Counted from the first letter of the stretch, positions 46,554 through 57,562 are shown. The stretch is 64,000 nucleotides of DNA from Sphingobacteriales bacterium (GCA_021299095.1 JAJTFW010000011.1:43-64042), one strand, 5' to 3'. Notes: generated by a model from the sequence alone, not told the origin. Numbers and translations: made by a program.

Positions 46554-48374
46554 GTGGCCACACAAAACGAACACCTGCGTCAACTGATCGAACGTCTTCC
46601 GGACACACCGGGCGTCTATCAGTTTTTCAATGCAGAAGCCCACATCCTTTACATCGGAAAGGCCAAGAACCTCAAGAGAAGGGTCAGCAGTTATTTCAAT
46701 AAAAACCACGACAACAACCGCATCACCATGTTGGTGCGGCAGATCTGTGACATCCGTACGGTACTGGTCGAAACCGAGTACGATGCGCTGCTGCTCGAAA
46801 ACAACCTCATCAAGAAATACCAGCCGCGATACAATGTCAACCTGAAGGACGACAAAACCTACCCCTGGATCGTCATTCGGAAAGAACATTATCCGCGTGT
46901 TCACTATACCCGGCGACATATTCGCGATGGCTCCACTTATTTTGGTCCATATGCTTCACCGGTGATGATCAGTACTGTTCTGGAATTGATCAATGGTTTG
47001 TATAAACTGCGAACCTGCACGCTTGCACTTACTCCGGATAACATTGCCAAGAAGAAATTCAGGGTGTGCCTGGAGTATCATGTCGGCAATTGCCTTGGAC
47101 CCTGTGAAGGACGCCAAACCGAAGAGGAGTATGATCTTTCCATTGCGGGCATCCGCGATATTCTCAAAGGCAATATCAATACGGTCATCCGACATGTGGA
47201 GGAACGCATGAACGCCCACGCGGCCACTTATGCGTTCGAAGAAGCGCAGCGCTGCAAGGAAATGCTCGACCAGCTGCAACGCTACAAGGGCCGTAGCGTG
47301 ATTGTACATCCCACCATTCACAATGTGGATGTATTCTCGTTTGTGCAGGAGGGACAGGCTGCATTTGTCAACTTCGTTCACGTTGTGAACGGTGCCATCA
47401 TCCACAGCTTCACCATCGAACTGCGGAAAAAACTGGATGAATCGCCCGAGGAGTTGCTGGGCATAGCCATCGCCGAATTACGGCAGCGTTATAACAGCAA
47501 CGCACCTGAGTTGATTGTCCCCTTCATTCCCGAACTGGAGGTTCCCGGAGCGACTTTAACGGTGCCACGAATCGGCGACAAAAAGAAGCTACTCGACCTC
47601 TCGGAGAAGAACGTGCGCTATTTCATGAAAGAGAAGCTTGACCAGGCCGATAAACTCAATCCCGAACACCGGGTGGAGCGTCTGCTCGAACGCATGAAGA
47701 CAGACTTAAGGCTCACGGAATTGCCCTACCACATCGAGTGCTTTGACAATTCGAACTTCCAGGGCGACCATGCTGTTTCGGCAATGAGTGTGTTTCGCAA
47801 CGGCAGACCTTCGAAGCGGGAATACCGTCACTTCAACATCAAAACCGTGCAGGGCCCCGACGATTTCGCCAGCATGGAAGAGGTTATTTACCGCAGGTAC
47901 AAGCGGGTGTTGGAGGAGCATCAGCCCCTACCACAGTTGATTGTAATCGATGGGGGCAAAGGTCAACTCTCTGCAGCACTCAATAGCCTAGATAAGCTCG
48001 GACTACGGGGTAAGGTTGGAATCATCGGAATTGCAAAACGGCTTGAAGAGATCTATTATCCGGGGGATTCGCTTCCGCTCTATTTGGACAAGAAGGGCGA
48101 AACACTCAAGATCCTACAACACCTGCGCGACGAAGTGCACCGCTTTGGTATTACGCACCACCGAAAGCGAAGGAGCAAGGCCTTGGTCAAGACCGAACTT
48201 TCCGACATCAAAGGAATCGGCGAGGCAACTGCATCGGAGTTGTTGCGGCATTTTCGCTCCGTGAAACGGATACGCGAATCAAGTCTGGAAGACCTTGCTG
48301 AGGTCGTCGGACAAGCCAAGGCAGGGCTTGTGCATGCATACTTTTTGCAAGCGGGAACGCAGGACGAACCTTGA
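46554..48374 (+). CDS. uvrC: Excinuclease ABC subunit C
   Basis: LPDTPGVYQF..LYIGKAKNLKRRVSSYF (GIY-YIG), PRYNVNLKDDK, IECFDNS, IDGGKGQ, RDEVHRF, HhH; GTG start estimated. Confidence 0.96.
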   Translation: MATQNEHLRQLIERLPDTPGVYQFFNAEAHILYIGKAKNLKRRVSSYFNKNHDNNRITMLVRQICDIRTVLVETEYDALLLENNLIKKYQPRYNVNLKDDKTYPWIVIRKEHYPRVHYTRRHIRDGSTYFGPYASPVMISTVLELINGLYKLRTCTLALTPDNIAKKKFRVCLEYHVGNCLGPCEGRQTEEEYDLSIAGIRDILKGNINTVIRHVEERMNAHAATYAFEEAQRCKEMLDQLQRYKGRSVIVHPTIHNVDVFSFVQEGQAAFVNFVHVVNGAIIHSFTIELRKKLDESPEELLGIAIAELRQRYNSNAPELIVPFIPELEVPGATLTVPRIGDKKKLLDLSEKNVRYFMKEKLDQADKLNPEHRVERLLERMKTDLRLTELPYHIECFDNSNFQGDHAVSAMSVFRNGRPSKREYRHFNIKTVQGPDDFASMEEVIYRRYKRVLEEHQPLPQLIVIDGGKGQLSAALNSLDKLGLRGKVGIIGIAKRLEEIYYPGDSLPLYLDKKGETLKILQHLRDEVHRFGITHHRKRRSKALVKTELSDIKGIGEATASELLRHFRSVKRIRESSLEDLAEVVGQAKAGLVHAYFLQAGTQDEP

Positions 48375-49370
48375 TCAGGCTTTATCGGCAAGTTCCGATT
48401 TCAGCCGGTCGATCACCCGAACCTCCATGGCATCAACCTTGCGGATATCAGCAAGTTTAACGCTGAGCCAGTCGCCCAAGTGAACGAGATACATCATCCG
48501 CTGCAGTGCGGTTTCCCCTTTTGACCAAATTTCAATCACCTGATTGCAAATCGGTTCAACCAGACGTTTGGTGAATTCCATCCGGTGTTGAGTCCGGGGA
48601 TGATCATCGCGGTTTCGCAACATGAGTACGACGGTGCTGGGGTGATTCACGGTCCAGCCGACGAGTTCGTTGTGGTTCATCTCCGGCAGCACATGGTGCC
48701 AGCACAGCATTTTGCCGTTCTCATTAATCTGCTGCCTCCAACGGATAGCAACGCCTTCGTAGTGCGCTTCTGCGTATAGAACGGGTAGCTGCCCGGCAGT
48801 TTTAATGGCAAGAGCCTCGGCTTCCGCTGCAATCGCAGCCTGTTCGTGTACTAGTAAATCCGCTGCTGCATTGATATCCGCAGTGAAGCAATCTCCTGTC
48901 AGACCAAGCTTGTGCAGTGTAAACAGCAGTTGTACGAAGGAGTAACCCAGACATGCACGCGGAGGCATTCCTCCGGGAATCAGCACGAGGTCCAGATTCT
49001 TTTCGCGGGCGATTTCGGCAACTTTCCCGCCCGAACAAATGCACACGACATGTGCACCCGAAGTCAAGGCAAGATCCAGTGCACTGAGGGTTTCTTCGGT
49101 ATTGCCGGAATACGAGGAAACAATAATCAACGAATCGGGGCCAGCGAAAGCGGGGAGCTGATAATCCTTGTTAACGACCACGGGAACTCTGAGCTCAGGT
49201 TCGGCCAGTTGTGCCAACATGGTTCCACCGATTCCTGATCCGCCTAGTCCGGTCACGATGATATTACGGATAGCCTGCTGCGGAGCTCGAAGTCGGATTT
49301 GTTGTCCGATAACTGCAGCGTCCCGCAATTGCTGGGGAAAAGCCGAAACAAGTTCATCCATTTGCATCAC
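48375..49370 (-). CDS. Bifunctional phosphoglucose/phosphomannose isomerase
   Basis: TGLGGSGIGG, SSYSGNTEETL, PPRA, RWRQQINENGK, PEMNHNELVGW. Confidence 0.92.
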   Translation of the reverse strand: MMQMDELVSAFPQQLRDAAVIGQQIRLRAPQQAIRNIIVTGLGGSGIGGTMLAQLAEPELRVPVVVNKDYQLPAFAGPDSLIIVSSYSGNTEETLSALDLALTSGAHVVCICSGGKVAEIAREKNLDLVLIPGGMPPRACLGYSFVQLLFTLHKLGLTGDCFTADINAAADLLVHEQAAIAAEAEALAIKTAGQLPVLYAEAHYEGVAIRWRQQINENGKMLCWHHVLPEMNHNELVGWTVNHPSTVVLMLRNRDDHPRTQHRMEFTKRLVEPICNQVIEIWSKGETALQRMMYLVHLGDWLSVKLADIRKVDAMEVRVIDRLKSELADKA

Positions 49371-49380
49371 CTTGTACTCC

Positions 49381-49403
49381 TACCTTTGTATCGGACAAAT
49401 ATA
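49381..49403. promoter_or_regulatory. Overlapping divergent -7 boxes
   Basis: TACCTTTG (+, 49381-49388) and TATATTTG (-, 49396-49403) within a 41 nt divergent gap. Confidence 0.6.
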
Positions 49404-49411
49404 GCCCACCC

Positions 49412-50203
49412 ATGTACAGGATTCAAGCGCTTTCATGCCTCATGCTCGCTGTGTTGTTGTTTTCCTCGTGCGGAACAAACAGCGCTGTGAACATCTATAG
49501 CGTGGAAGAAGATGTACAACTTGGACAAACCTTCCTGGAGCAGATTCAATCATCGCCACAGGAATACATCATACTGGACAAAACCGAACACCCCGAACTA
49601 TACGGAAGAATCCGTGGTATGGTAGATACGATTGTCAATAGTGGAGCTGTACGAAACCGCGATGTGTTCCCCTGGGAGCTTCGCATCCTGCATGACGATT
49701 CAGTACTGAATGCGTTCTGCACACCCGGTGGTTATCTCTACGTGTACACCGGACTCATCCGCTTCCTGGACAGTGAAGATCAACTGGCAGGTGTATTGGG
49801 TCACGAAATCGCCCACGCTGACCTACGACATGGTACAGAGCAGCTTACCAAGCAATTCGGAATCGGTCTGCTCGTGCAGTACGTGGCCGGTGAAAGTGCT
49901 GTATTGGGCAATATTGCTGAGAGCATAATCGGCCTGGCATTCAGCCGCAGCGACGAGACGGAAGCAGACCGCATGAGTGTAACATATTTGTCCAAAACCC
50001 CATACGATCCACGCGGTGTTTCCCGTTTTTTTGAGAAAATGCAGGCTAAAGGTGAAACGATGGGTTCGCTGGTCTTTCTCAGTACGCACCCCAACCCGGA
50101 GAACCGTGTTGCCGATATTCACGCCACCTGGCGCAGTATGGGTAAACCCGAGGGGCGAAGTGATACGGCAGCCTATGAGGCGATCAAGGCCTTGTTGCCT
50201 TGA
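49412..50203 (+). CDS. M48 family metallopeptidase lipoprotein
   Basis: LFSSC lipobox, [16 protein letters not shown] (HExxH), [16 protein letters not shown]. Confidence 0.9.
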   Translation: MYRIQALSCLMLAVLLFSSCGTNSAVNIYSVEEDVQLGQTFLEQIQSSPQEYIILDKTEHPELYGRIRGMVDTIVNSGAVRNRDVFPWELRILHDDSVLNAFCTPGGYLYVYTGLIRFLDSEDQLAGVLGHEIAHADLRHGTEQLTKQFGIGLLVQYVAGESAVLGNIAESIIGLAFSRSDETEADRMSVTYLSKTPYDPRGVSRFFEKMQAKGETMGSLVFLSTHPNPENRVADIHATWRSMGKPEGRSDTAAYEAIKALLP

Positions 50204-50286
50204 GATTTGTTAACAGACGTACTCTGAAAAGGGGGACATATACCCCTCATCCGCTCCTGCAAAAGCCCTATTTTCGTCTCTGCACC

Positions 50287-50718
50287 ATGGAGGTAAAAAT
50301 CATCAACCGGTCAAGCCATCCCTTACCGGCCTACGAAACACCCGATTCAGCCGGGATGGATTTGCGTGCCCACCTCACCGAACCCATGACGTTGGATCCG
50401 GGTGAGCGCTGTTTGGTTCCGACTGGGATATTCATCGAGCTTCCCACCGGATACGAAGCGCAGGTCAGACCGCGTAGCGGACTTGCAGCGAAATTCGGCG
50501 TGACCGTTCTCAACAGCCCTGGCACCATCGATGCCGATTACAGGGGGGAAGTCAAGGTCATTTTGATCAACCACGGGAAACAGCCATTTGTCATTGCCGA
50601 TGGTGAGCGCGTTGCACAACTCGTTGTGGCAAAGCATGAGCGCATCCGTTGGGTGAACAGTGAGCAATTGGAAGAAAGTCTTCGCGGACAGGGCGGTTTC
50701 GGATCTACGGGCCGTTAG
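50287..50718 (+). CDS. dut: dUTP diphosphatase
   Basis: [43 protein letters not shown]. Confidence 0.97.
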   Translation: MEVKIINRSSHPLPAYETPDSAGMDLRAHLTEPMTLDPGERCLVPTGIFIELPTGYEAQVRPRSGLAAKFGVTVLNSPGTIDADYRGEVKVILINHGKQPFVIADGERVAQLVVAKHERIRWVNSEQLEESLRGQGGFGSTGR

Positions 50719-50761
50719 ACAATACAGGGATACATCGGTTTTCAATCACATCGATTCAGAT

Positions 50762-51763
50762 ATGCGCATTATTGTACCAATGGCCGGAATGGGAAAACGG
50801 ATGAGGCCCCACACACTCACCACCCCGAAGCCCCTTGTTCCGGTTGCGGGGAAACCCATCGTTCAACATCTTGTGGAGGATATCCTGCACATGTGCAAAT
50901 CGAATGTCGAGGAAATCGCATTCGTAGTCGGGCGTTTTGGCGAAGAAGCTGAGCGCTCGCTGATCGGCATTGCTGAGTCGCTCGGTGCGCGCGGAACCAT
51001 CCACTACCAGGATACCCCTTTGGGGACAGCTCACGCCATCCTCTGTGCGGAGAGCGCCTTGCAAGGACCAGTTGTGATTGCCTTTGCCGATACCCTTTTC
51101 AGTGCAGACTTCAACATCGACCCTGAATGTGATGGTGTCATTTGGGTGAAACAGATTGATGATCCTTCGCAGTTTGGTGTGGTGAAGACCACAGAAAGCG
51201 GAACCATAACCGATTTTGTAGAAAAGCCCAGTGAGTTTGTTTCGGATCTGGCCATCATCGGAATCTATTACCTGCGTGATGGTGAAAACCTCAGGCAAGA
51301 GTTGCAGCACCTGATCGACAACAACATTTGCGAAAAAGGGGAGTTTCAGCTCACCAATGCCCTTGAGCACATGAAGGCGAAAGGTAAAATCCTTAAAGCT
51401 GGCCGTGTTGACGAGTGGCTCGACTGCGGAAACAAGGATGCGACCGTCCACACCAACCGCCGTGTACTCGAAATCAAATATCCCGAGAACCATATTGCCA
51501 CCACTGCGCGTATCACAAACAGCGTAATTATACCGCCGTGCCATATTGCGGATGGTGCCATAGTGGAGCGCTCGGTCATAGGACCGCATGTGAGCTTGGG
51601 TGCCGGCAGTAACATCTGCGACTCAAGGGTTAAAAACAGCATCGTACGCGACCACACCACGCTTTCCGGAACCTGCATCGACAACAGCCTGATCGGCAGT
51701 CACGTCAAACACAGTGGCACCTGGAGCGATCTCAGTATCGGCGACTACAGCACGCAGGCATGA
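50762..51763 (+). CDS. Sugar-phosphate nucleotidyltransferase
   Basis: IIVPMAGMGKRMRPHT..PKPL, LGTAHA, FGVV, FVEKP, WLDCG, C-terminal left-handed beta-helix. Confidence 0.9.
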   Translation: MRIIVPMAGMGKRMRPHTLTTPKPLVPVAGKPIVQHLVEDILHMCKSNVEEIAFVVGRFGEEAERSLIGIAESLGARGTIHYQDTPLGTAHAILCAESALQGPVVIAFADTLFSADFNIDPECDGVIWVKQIDDPSQFGVVKTTESGTITDFVEKPSEFVSDLAIIGIYYLRDGENLRQELQHLIDNNICEKGEFQLTNALEHMKAKGKILKAGRVDEWLDCGNKDATVHTNRRVLEIKYPENHIATTARITNSVIIPPCHIADGAIVERSVIGPHVSLGAGSNICDSRVKNSIVRDHTTLSGTCIDNSLIGSHVKHSGTWSDLSIGDYSTQA

Positions 51764-53496
51764 GCAATCCCCGTTTTTTCCCGTTTTTTCGGTTGTGCGC
51801 AATCCTGCTCCTATCGGGGCTCGTCTTTACACAGGCTTTCGGGCAATCGAAGAAGAAAAAGGGCGATCAGCCGAACGAGCAGGATAAGATCAAGGCTACC
51901 TACGCGTTTTTCGACGGGCAAAAGGAAAAACTAACCGGCAACGATGCGCGGGCGGCAGAGCAATTCAGTCAATGCATCCGCCTCGACCCTGGCAATCATG
52001 CGGCCATGTATGAACTGGCTTCCATCTATAGTTCGGGGGGGCGTATAAGTGATGCGCTTTTTCTCATAAAGCAAGCTATCGATCTGGAGCCTAAAAACGA
52101 ATGGTACACCTTGCTTCAGGCCGACATCCTCGAGCGGAGTGGGAAATACAATGAGGCTGTTGAAGTTTACCGCAAACTTTATCAGCGCAATCCCGGCAAA
52201 GTCGAATACCTGTTCAGTGAAGCCGATGTATTGCTGATGCAGGGAAAGCTGGCCGAGGCCATCAAGGCGTACGACCGCATTGAAGCCATCATAGGCGTCA
52301 GCCAGGAAATGAGTCAGCAGAAGCAACGCTTATACCTCAAGATGGGCAAGACCGAGGAGGCTGCGCTGGAGCTGGAGAAACTCATTCGAAGCGAACCGAA
52401 CAACCTCGAATATCATTCCATGTTGGTGGAACTCTGGCAGGTGAACGAGCGTCCGCAGAAAGCCATGGAAGTCATCCGCAGGATGCAGGCCATCGACCCC
52501 GAAAGCCCCAATGTGTACCTCTGCTTGGCCGAACAGTACCGCATGGAAGGTCGCCGTGAGGAGTCGTACCAGAATTTGAAAAAAGCCTTCGGTTCCCCCG
52601 CGCTACCCAGCGAAGTGAAAATCCGTATCCTCACCAGTTATCTTCCGCTGGTCAGTGGCAATACCGACATGATGCAACAATCACTGGAGCTTGGAGGCGT
52701 GTTGGCGGAAACCCACCCGAACGAAGCCCTGGCGCAGACCGTTTATGGAGATTTTCTGTACATAGACAAACAGTTCAGTCCGGCACGCGAGCAATACCGG
52801 AAAGGACTCGGCATTGACAAACGCAATTTACAGGCCTGGCAACAACTTCTCCTGACCGAATCGGAATTGAAGGATTATGCTTCCATGGCGCGCGAGGCCG
52901 AGGAGGCCCTGGGTTACTTTTCCGATCAGGCCGCCTTGTATCTGTTTGCCGGTATCGGATTGCAGCAACAGGAGGATTTCACGGCTGCTGCTACGAAATA
53001 CATTAGCGGAAGCAAATTGGTAGTCGACAACGACGCCCTCTTGGTTGATTTTTATTCCAACATCGCCGACTGTTACGATAAGCTCAAGCGATTCGCCGAT
53101 TCCGACACCTATTTCCAGAAAGCCCTCAACCTCGACAAGGACAATGTATTCGTGTTGAACAACTGGGCGTATTACCTCTCACTCCGCAATGAGCAGCTCG
53201 AAAAAGCCGCTGAGATGTCGAAGCGCTCCAATGTCTTGTCGCCGGGAAATCCGAGTTTTGAAGATACCTACGGTTGGATTCTCTTTATGCAAGGCGATGT
53301 GACGGGCGCTCTCGATTGGATATCAAAAGCCATTGCATCGGGAGGTAACAGCAGCGGGACTGTATTGGAGCATTACGGAGATGCACTCTATCGGGCAGGC
53401 CGTGCCGAAGAAGCACTTCGCTATTGGCAGCAGGCTCGCGATGCGGGTGAATATTCTGATCAACTCGAACGCAAACTCAGGGAAAAGAAACTATGA
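51760..53496 (+). CDS. Tetratricopeptide repeat protein
   Basis: Multiple TPRs; LNNWAYYLS, DTYGWILF, EHYGDAL. Confidence 0.9.
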   Translation: MSNPRFFPFFRLCAILLLSGLVFTQAFGQSKKKKGDQPNEQDKIKATYAFFDGQKEKLTGNDARAAEQFSQCIRLDPGNHAAMYELASIYSSGGRISDALFLIKQAIDLEPKNEWYTLLQADILERSGKYNEAVEVYRKLYQRNPGKVEYLFSEADVLLMQGKLAEAIKAYDRIEAIIGVSQEMSQQKQRLYLKMGKTEEAALELEKLIRSEPNNLEYHSMLVELWQVNERPQKAMEVIRRMQAIDPESPNVYLCLAEQYRMEGRREESYQNLKKAFGSPALPSEVKIRILTSYLPLVSGNTDMMQQSLELGGVLAETHPNEALAQTVYGDFLYIDKQFSPAREQYRKGLGIDKRNLQAWQQLLLTESELKDYASMAREAEEALGYFSDQAALYLFAGIGLQQQEDFTAAATKYISGSKLVVDNDALLVDFYSNIADCYDKLKRFADSDTYFQKALNLDKDNVFVLNNWAYYLSLRNEQLEKAAEMSKRSNVLSPGNPSFEDTYGWILFMQGDVTGALDWISKAIASGGNSSGTVLEHYGDALYRAGRAEEALRYWQQARDAGEYSDQLERKLREKKL

Positions 53497-54335
53497 ACTG
53501 CAGAGGGGTTTCGTTCGTGTTCAGCGGCTTGATTCTATTCGCGCTCTTCACCACTTCCTGCCGTAGCCGCAAACCGGTAGCGGTTGTTGCCCCCACTGAG
53601 GTAAAACCGCTTCAGGACCGCTCGGTGCAGGAACTCATGGACCGCCTCGACTCGGCCGCATTCAAATCCGAATGGCTCAACGCGAAGGCTGCAGTCGTCA
53701 CCTTGCAGGATGGAAGTGAAACCACCTTCAACATTTCACTCAGGGCTAAACGTGACAGCCTCATCTGGATTTCCATTTCGCCCCTCTTGGGAATCGAGGT
53801 TGCACGTGTATTGATTACGCCCGACTCCGTGAAATTCTTGAACAGGCTACAGGGACGGTATCAGGCCAGCACGTTTGAGACCATCAATCGCCTGTTGCAA
53901 CTCAAGGTGAATTTCGAAGCGGTTCAATCGCTCATCTGCGGCAATTTTTTCGCGTATAAGAAAAACGAGAACCGGTTCAACTCCGTATATATCGAGGATA
54001 AATTCTACGTTTTGAGCTCACTTAACAAGAAAAAGCTCAAACGCTCACTGGAGGAGAAAGACCCCAACAAACCGGTCATTCAGGATGTATTTGTGAATCC
54101 GGCAATGTACAGGATACTCAAGACCGCTATCGAAGACCAGAAGATCAACAAGACGCTGGTGACCGAATACGACGACTTCCGTGAAACCCCGTACGGATTT
54201 TTCCCCCATCGATCCGTCACCCGTGTCACTGCCGAGCGCGAACTCGAAATCCGCATTGAATTCGGAAAAGTAGCCACAGGCGAACCACAGGAGTTCCCCT
54301 TCAATGTTCCACAGAGCTATGTCAGGATGCGCTAG
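53493..54335 (+). CDS. DUF4292 family lipoprotein
   Basis: TTSCRS lipobox, RDSLIWISISPLLGIEVARVLITPDS; conserved position between TPR and EnvC genes. Confidence 0.85.
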   Translation: MNCRGVSFVFSGLILFALFTTSCRSRKPVAVVAPTEVKPLQDRSVQELMDRLDSAAFKSEWLNAKAAVVTLQDGSETTFNISLRAKRDSLIWISISPLLGIEVARVLITPDSVKFLNRLQGRYQASTFETINRLLQLKVNFEAVQSLICGNFFAYKKNENRFNSVYIEDKFYVLSSLNKKKLKRSLEEKDPNKPVIQDVFVNPAMYRILKTAIEDQKINKTLVTEYDDFRETPYGFFPHRSVTRVTAERELEIRIEFGKVATGEPQEFPFNVPQSYVRMR

Positions 54336-55566
54336 AATTTTCGGATTCATAGGTGCTGCGTTGATATTCATCAGCGTACTGGCGCAGCCGTTACATGCCC
54401 AATCCAAAAAGGAACTGGAGCAGAAAAAGGAGAAACTGCTCCGTGAAATCGAAGCTACGAACAAACAGCTACGTCAGGTCGAGAGGAACAAAAACGCAAC
54501 GGCTGCTCAGCTGAGTGAGCTGCGTAAGAAGATCAGTCTGCGTGAGAACCTTATCGGAACCATCAATTCCGAACTAAGTACAATCGGCGGAGAAATTGCG
54601 ACCACATCCCGTGAAATCGGCGAATTGCGATCCGATCTTGAGACGTTGAAGCGGCAGTATGCAGCCATGATCCGGTATGCTTATCGCAACCGGAACATCC
54701 AGCAACAATTGATGTTCGTATTCGCCTCGGCCGACTTTAACCAGGCCTACAAGCGTGTCAAGTATATCCAGCAAACCGGTTCTGCTCGACGCAGGCAGGC
54801 GGAGCAAATCCAGTCGACTCAGGACAGGCTGAATGGAAAAGTCAACGAACTGGAGCAGCGCCGGAAAGAAAAAAACAACTTAAAGGAGGCTGAGGTCAGG
54901 CAAAAGTCGACGCTCGAAAAAGAACGACAGGAGCAAGACAAGCTGATGCGCAACCTGAGCGATCGCGAAAAGAAACTGCGCAAAGAGCTCACGGAAAAAC
55001 AGGAGGCCCGCAGGCGACTCGACCGTGCCATCGAGAACATCGTCCGCAAAGAAATCGAGGCTTCGCGCAAGAAAGCAGTTGCCAGTGGCGGAAGCAAGGA
55101 GGCGCCGAAAAAGAATGTATTTAGCCTGACTCCTGAAGCTGCCAAACTCAGCAACAGCTTTTCCGGGAACAAGGGTAAGCTTCCCTGGCCGGTGGAGCAA
55201 GGAAGCATCTCCGAATCTTTCGGTGAACACCCGCACAAAGAACTCAAGGGCATTGTCGTACAAAACAACGGAATTGACATTCAAACCTCAAAAGGTGCTT
55301 CGGCCCGTGCTGTTTTTGAAGGAACCGTAAGTGGTGTGGTGAGCATTCCGGGTGCAGGAAAAGCGGTGATCATCCGTCATGGTGAATACCTCAGTGTGTA
55401 CTCGAACCTTACCTCGGTTACGGTTGGATCAGGCGACAAGGTTTCGACAAAACAGCGCATTGGAACAGTTGGAAATACCTCCGATGGACAAAAAGGGGAG
55501 ATGCACCTGGAGATCTGGAAAAACACAGCCAAGCTCAATCCGGCATCCTGGATTGCTGCTCGGTAA
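54319..55566 (+). CDS. EnvC-like murein hydrolase activator (coiled coil plus M23)
   Basis: Long coiled coil, KGKLPWPV, NNGIDI, IIRHGEYLSVYSNL, HLEIW, NPASW; start uncertain. Confidence 0.9.
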   Translation: MSGCARIFGFIGAALIFISVLAQPLHAQSKKELEQKKEKLLREIEATNKQLRQVERNKNATAAQLSELRKKISLRENLIGTINSELSTIGGEIATTSREIGELRSDLETLKRQYAAMIRYAYRNRNIQQQLMFVFASADFNQAYKRVKYIQQTGSARRRQAEQIQSTQDRLNGKVNELEQRRKEKNNLKEAEVRQKSTLEKERQEQDKLMRNLSDREKKLRKELTEKQEARRRLDRAIENIVRKEIEASRKKAVASGGSKEAPKKNVFSLTPEAAKLSNSFSGNKGKLPWPVEQGSISESFGEHPHKELKGIVVQNNGIDIQTSKGASARAVFEGTVSGVVSIPGAGKAVIIRHGEYLSVYSNLTSVTVGSGDKVSTKQRIGTVGNTSDGQKGEMHLEIWKNTAKLNPASWIAAR

Positions 55567-56211
55567 TCAGACGAGTCCTTCGCGCAACGCTTTCGCAACG
55601 GCTTCCGTGTTGCTCACCACGTGCAATTTGGCGTAGATGTGCTTCATGTGTGAACGGACGGTTTCATAACTGATGTGGCAGGCATCGGCAATCATTTTAA
55701 ACGACATGCCCTGCACAAGGCAAGCCAGCACATCTTTTTCCCTAGCTGACAATTGATAGTCGGGCTTGGCGATTAATTCGGGTGGCAGGCCATTCTGCAG
55801 CAGATGCAATACACGCCTGGCCACGGAGGGCGACATGGGTGCTCCACCTTCTACAACCGATTCGATCGAAGCCAGTACCTCATCCGATTTGCCTCCTTTA
55901 AGCAGGTAGCCCGAGGCTCCGGCGCAGACGGCATGAAAGATCAGATTGTCTTCATCGTGCGAGGTCTGCATGATCACATATACGGCCGGGAAGTCGCGTT
56001 TGATGAGCCGCAATCCTTCAATTCCATCCACGCCCGGCATTTCGATGTCCATGATCACCACTTCCGGTTTGGATGACTTCATTTTTTCGGACAGATTCAG
56101 GCAATCGGGGAAGGCACCCGTTAGGGCAAATTCGGGATGAGCGGCAATGGCTGCGCTGGTCTGCTCCAGAAAGATGGGGGTGTCATCAAAGACGGCTACA
56201 CGAATGGGCAT
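55567..56211 (-). CDS. NarL/LuxR-family response regulator
   Basis: VFDD, IMDIEMP, GASGYLLK, GAPMSPSVAR, LSAREKDVL..G.SFKMIA..ISYETVRSH. Confidence 0.93.
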   Translation of the reverse strand: MPIRVAVFDDTPIFLEQTSAAIAAHPEFALTGAFPDCLNLSEKMKSSKPEVVIMDIEMPGVDGIEGLRLIKRDFPAVYVIMQTSHDEDNLIFHAVCAGASGYLLKGGKSDEVLASIESVVEGGAPMSPSVARRVLHLLQNGLPPELIAKPDYQLSAREKDVLACLVQGMSFKMIADACHISYETVRSHMKHIYAKLHVVSNTEAVAKALREGLV

Positions 56212-56276
56212 GACCCGAAACTAGCGAAAAGCGGCTTCGCCGTGGAAATACGTACCTTTGCGTAAAGCAATCGGCA

Positions 56277-56474
56277 ATGAACGGTACCATACTTCTCGGT
56301 TTCCTTGGCGGCATGGGCGGCACGGAAATCATCCTAATCATCGTAGTCTTGTTGCTGTTCTTCGGTGCCAAGCGCATTCCGGAACTGGCCAAAGGCCTCG
56401 GGAAGGGAATCAAGGAGTTCAAGGATGCCTCCAAAGGGGGGCAATCCGACGAAACCAAAAAGATCCAGGATTAA
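56277..56474 (+). CDS. tatA: Twin-arginine translocase TatA
   Basis: GGTEIILII..LLFFGAKRIPELAKGLGKGIKEFKDA; TACCTTTG box at 56253-56260. Confidence 0.95.
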   Translation: MNGTILLGFLGGMGGTEIILIIVVLLLFFGAKRIPELAKGLGKGIKEFKDASKGGQSDETKKIQD

Positions 56475-56572
56475 CCGCTTCCCTTTCCACTTACTGATTT
56501 TGAATTCCGGTATTCGTGCCTGACTTTGTTGGCGCCAATCCGATTCAACACACTTATGTTCCTTTGAAGCGT

Positions 56573-57562
56573 ATGCCTACAGTCGCAGTTTTAGGTGGTG
56601 GAAGTTGGGCCACGGCACTGGTCAAGTTACTGTCAGACCGCTCTGACCGGGTGTATTGGTGGATGCGGGATGCCGAGGCGGTAGCACACATTAGGCAATT
56701 CGGCCACAATCCGCGCTACCTCAGCGATGTGCAACTCGATCTCCAGAAGGTGGTTCCCTGCGAATCCCTGCAAGAGGCTATTGCTCCATCCGGCATGCTG
56801 GTGTTGGCCGTTCCTGCAGCTTTTTTAAAATCGGCCCTGCAGGGAATCCGTCCTGAGCAGTTCCACAACAAAACGATCTTCTCAGCCATCAAGGGCATTG
56901 TGCCACAGGACAACCTAATCGTTGGGGAGTTCATGCACACTACCTACGGCATTCCGTACGATCGGATCGGAGTCATTACGGGTCCTTGCCATGCCGAGGA
57001 GGTAGCCATGGAAAAGCTGAGCTACCTCACCATTGCCTGTCAGAGCCAGGAACATGCCCGTGAAATGTCGGATTTGCTTTCCGGTCGCTTTATCCGGACC
57101 AATAGTTCGGACGACATTTACGGAACCGAATACGCGGCCGTGTTGAAGAATGTGATGGCCATTGCCGCAGGCATTTGCCACGGATTGGGCTACGGGGATA
57201 ATTTTCAGGCGGTATTGATTTCCAACGCAATACGAGAAATCAAACGCTTTGTTGATGCGGTACATCCCATTGCACGCGACATCAAGGATAGTGCCTATTT
57301 GGGCGACTTACTGGTTACGGCCTATTCCCAATTCAGCCGCAACCGAACCTTTGGAACGATGATCGGAAAGGGGTATTCGGTGAAAAGTGCCCAGGTGGAA
57401 ATGAACATGGTTGCCGAAGGATACTACGCCATTGCCTGTATTCATGAGATGAACCGGCAGTTAGGGGTGGATTTACCCATCTGTGCCGCAGTCTATAATA
57501 TTCTGTATGAACGCATTGCACCGAAAATGGAAATGCGTTTGCTGAGCGAGAAGCTCACATAG
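56573..57562 (+). CDS. gpsA: NAD(P)H-dependent glycerol-3-phosphate dehydrogenase
   Basis: VLGGGSWATAL, HNPRYL, AIKG, GPCHAEEV, LKNVMAIAAG, YLGDLLVTAYSQFSRNR, VAEG. Confidence 0.95.
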   Translation: MPTVAVLGGGSWATALVKLLSDRSDRVYWWMRDAEAVAHIRQFGHNPRYLSDVQLDLQKVVPCESLQEAIAPSGMLVLAVPAAFLKSALQGIRPEQFHNKTIFSAIKGIVPQDNLIVGEFMHTTYGIPYDRIGVITGPCHAEEVAMEKLSYLTIACQSQEHAREMSDLLSGRFIRTNSSDDIYGTEYAAVLKNVMAIAAGICHGLGYGDNFQAVLISNAIREIKRFVDAVHPIARDIKDSAYLGDLLVTAYSQFSRNRTFGTMIGKGYSVKSAQVEMNMVAEGYYAIACIHEMNRQLGVDLPICAAVYNILYERIAPKMEMRLLSEKLT

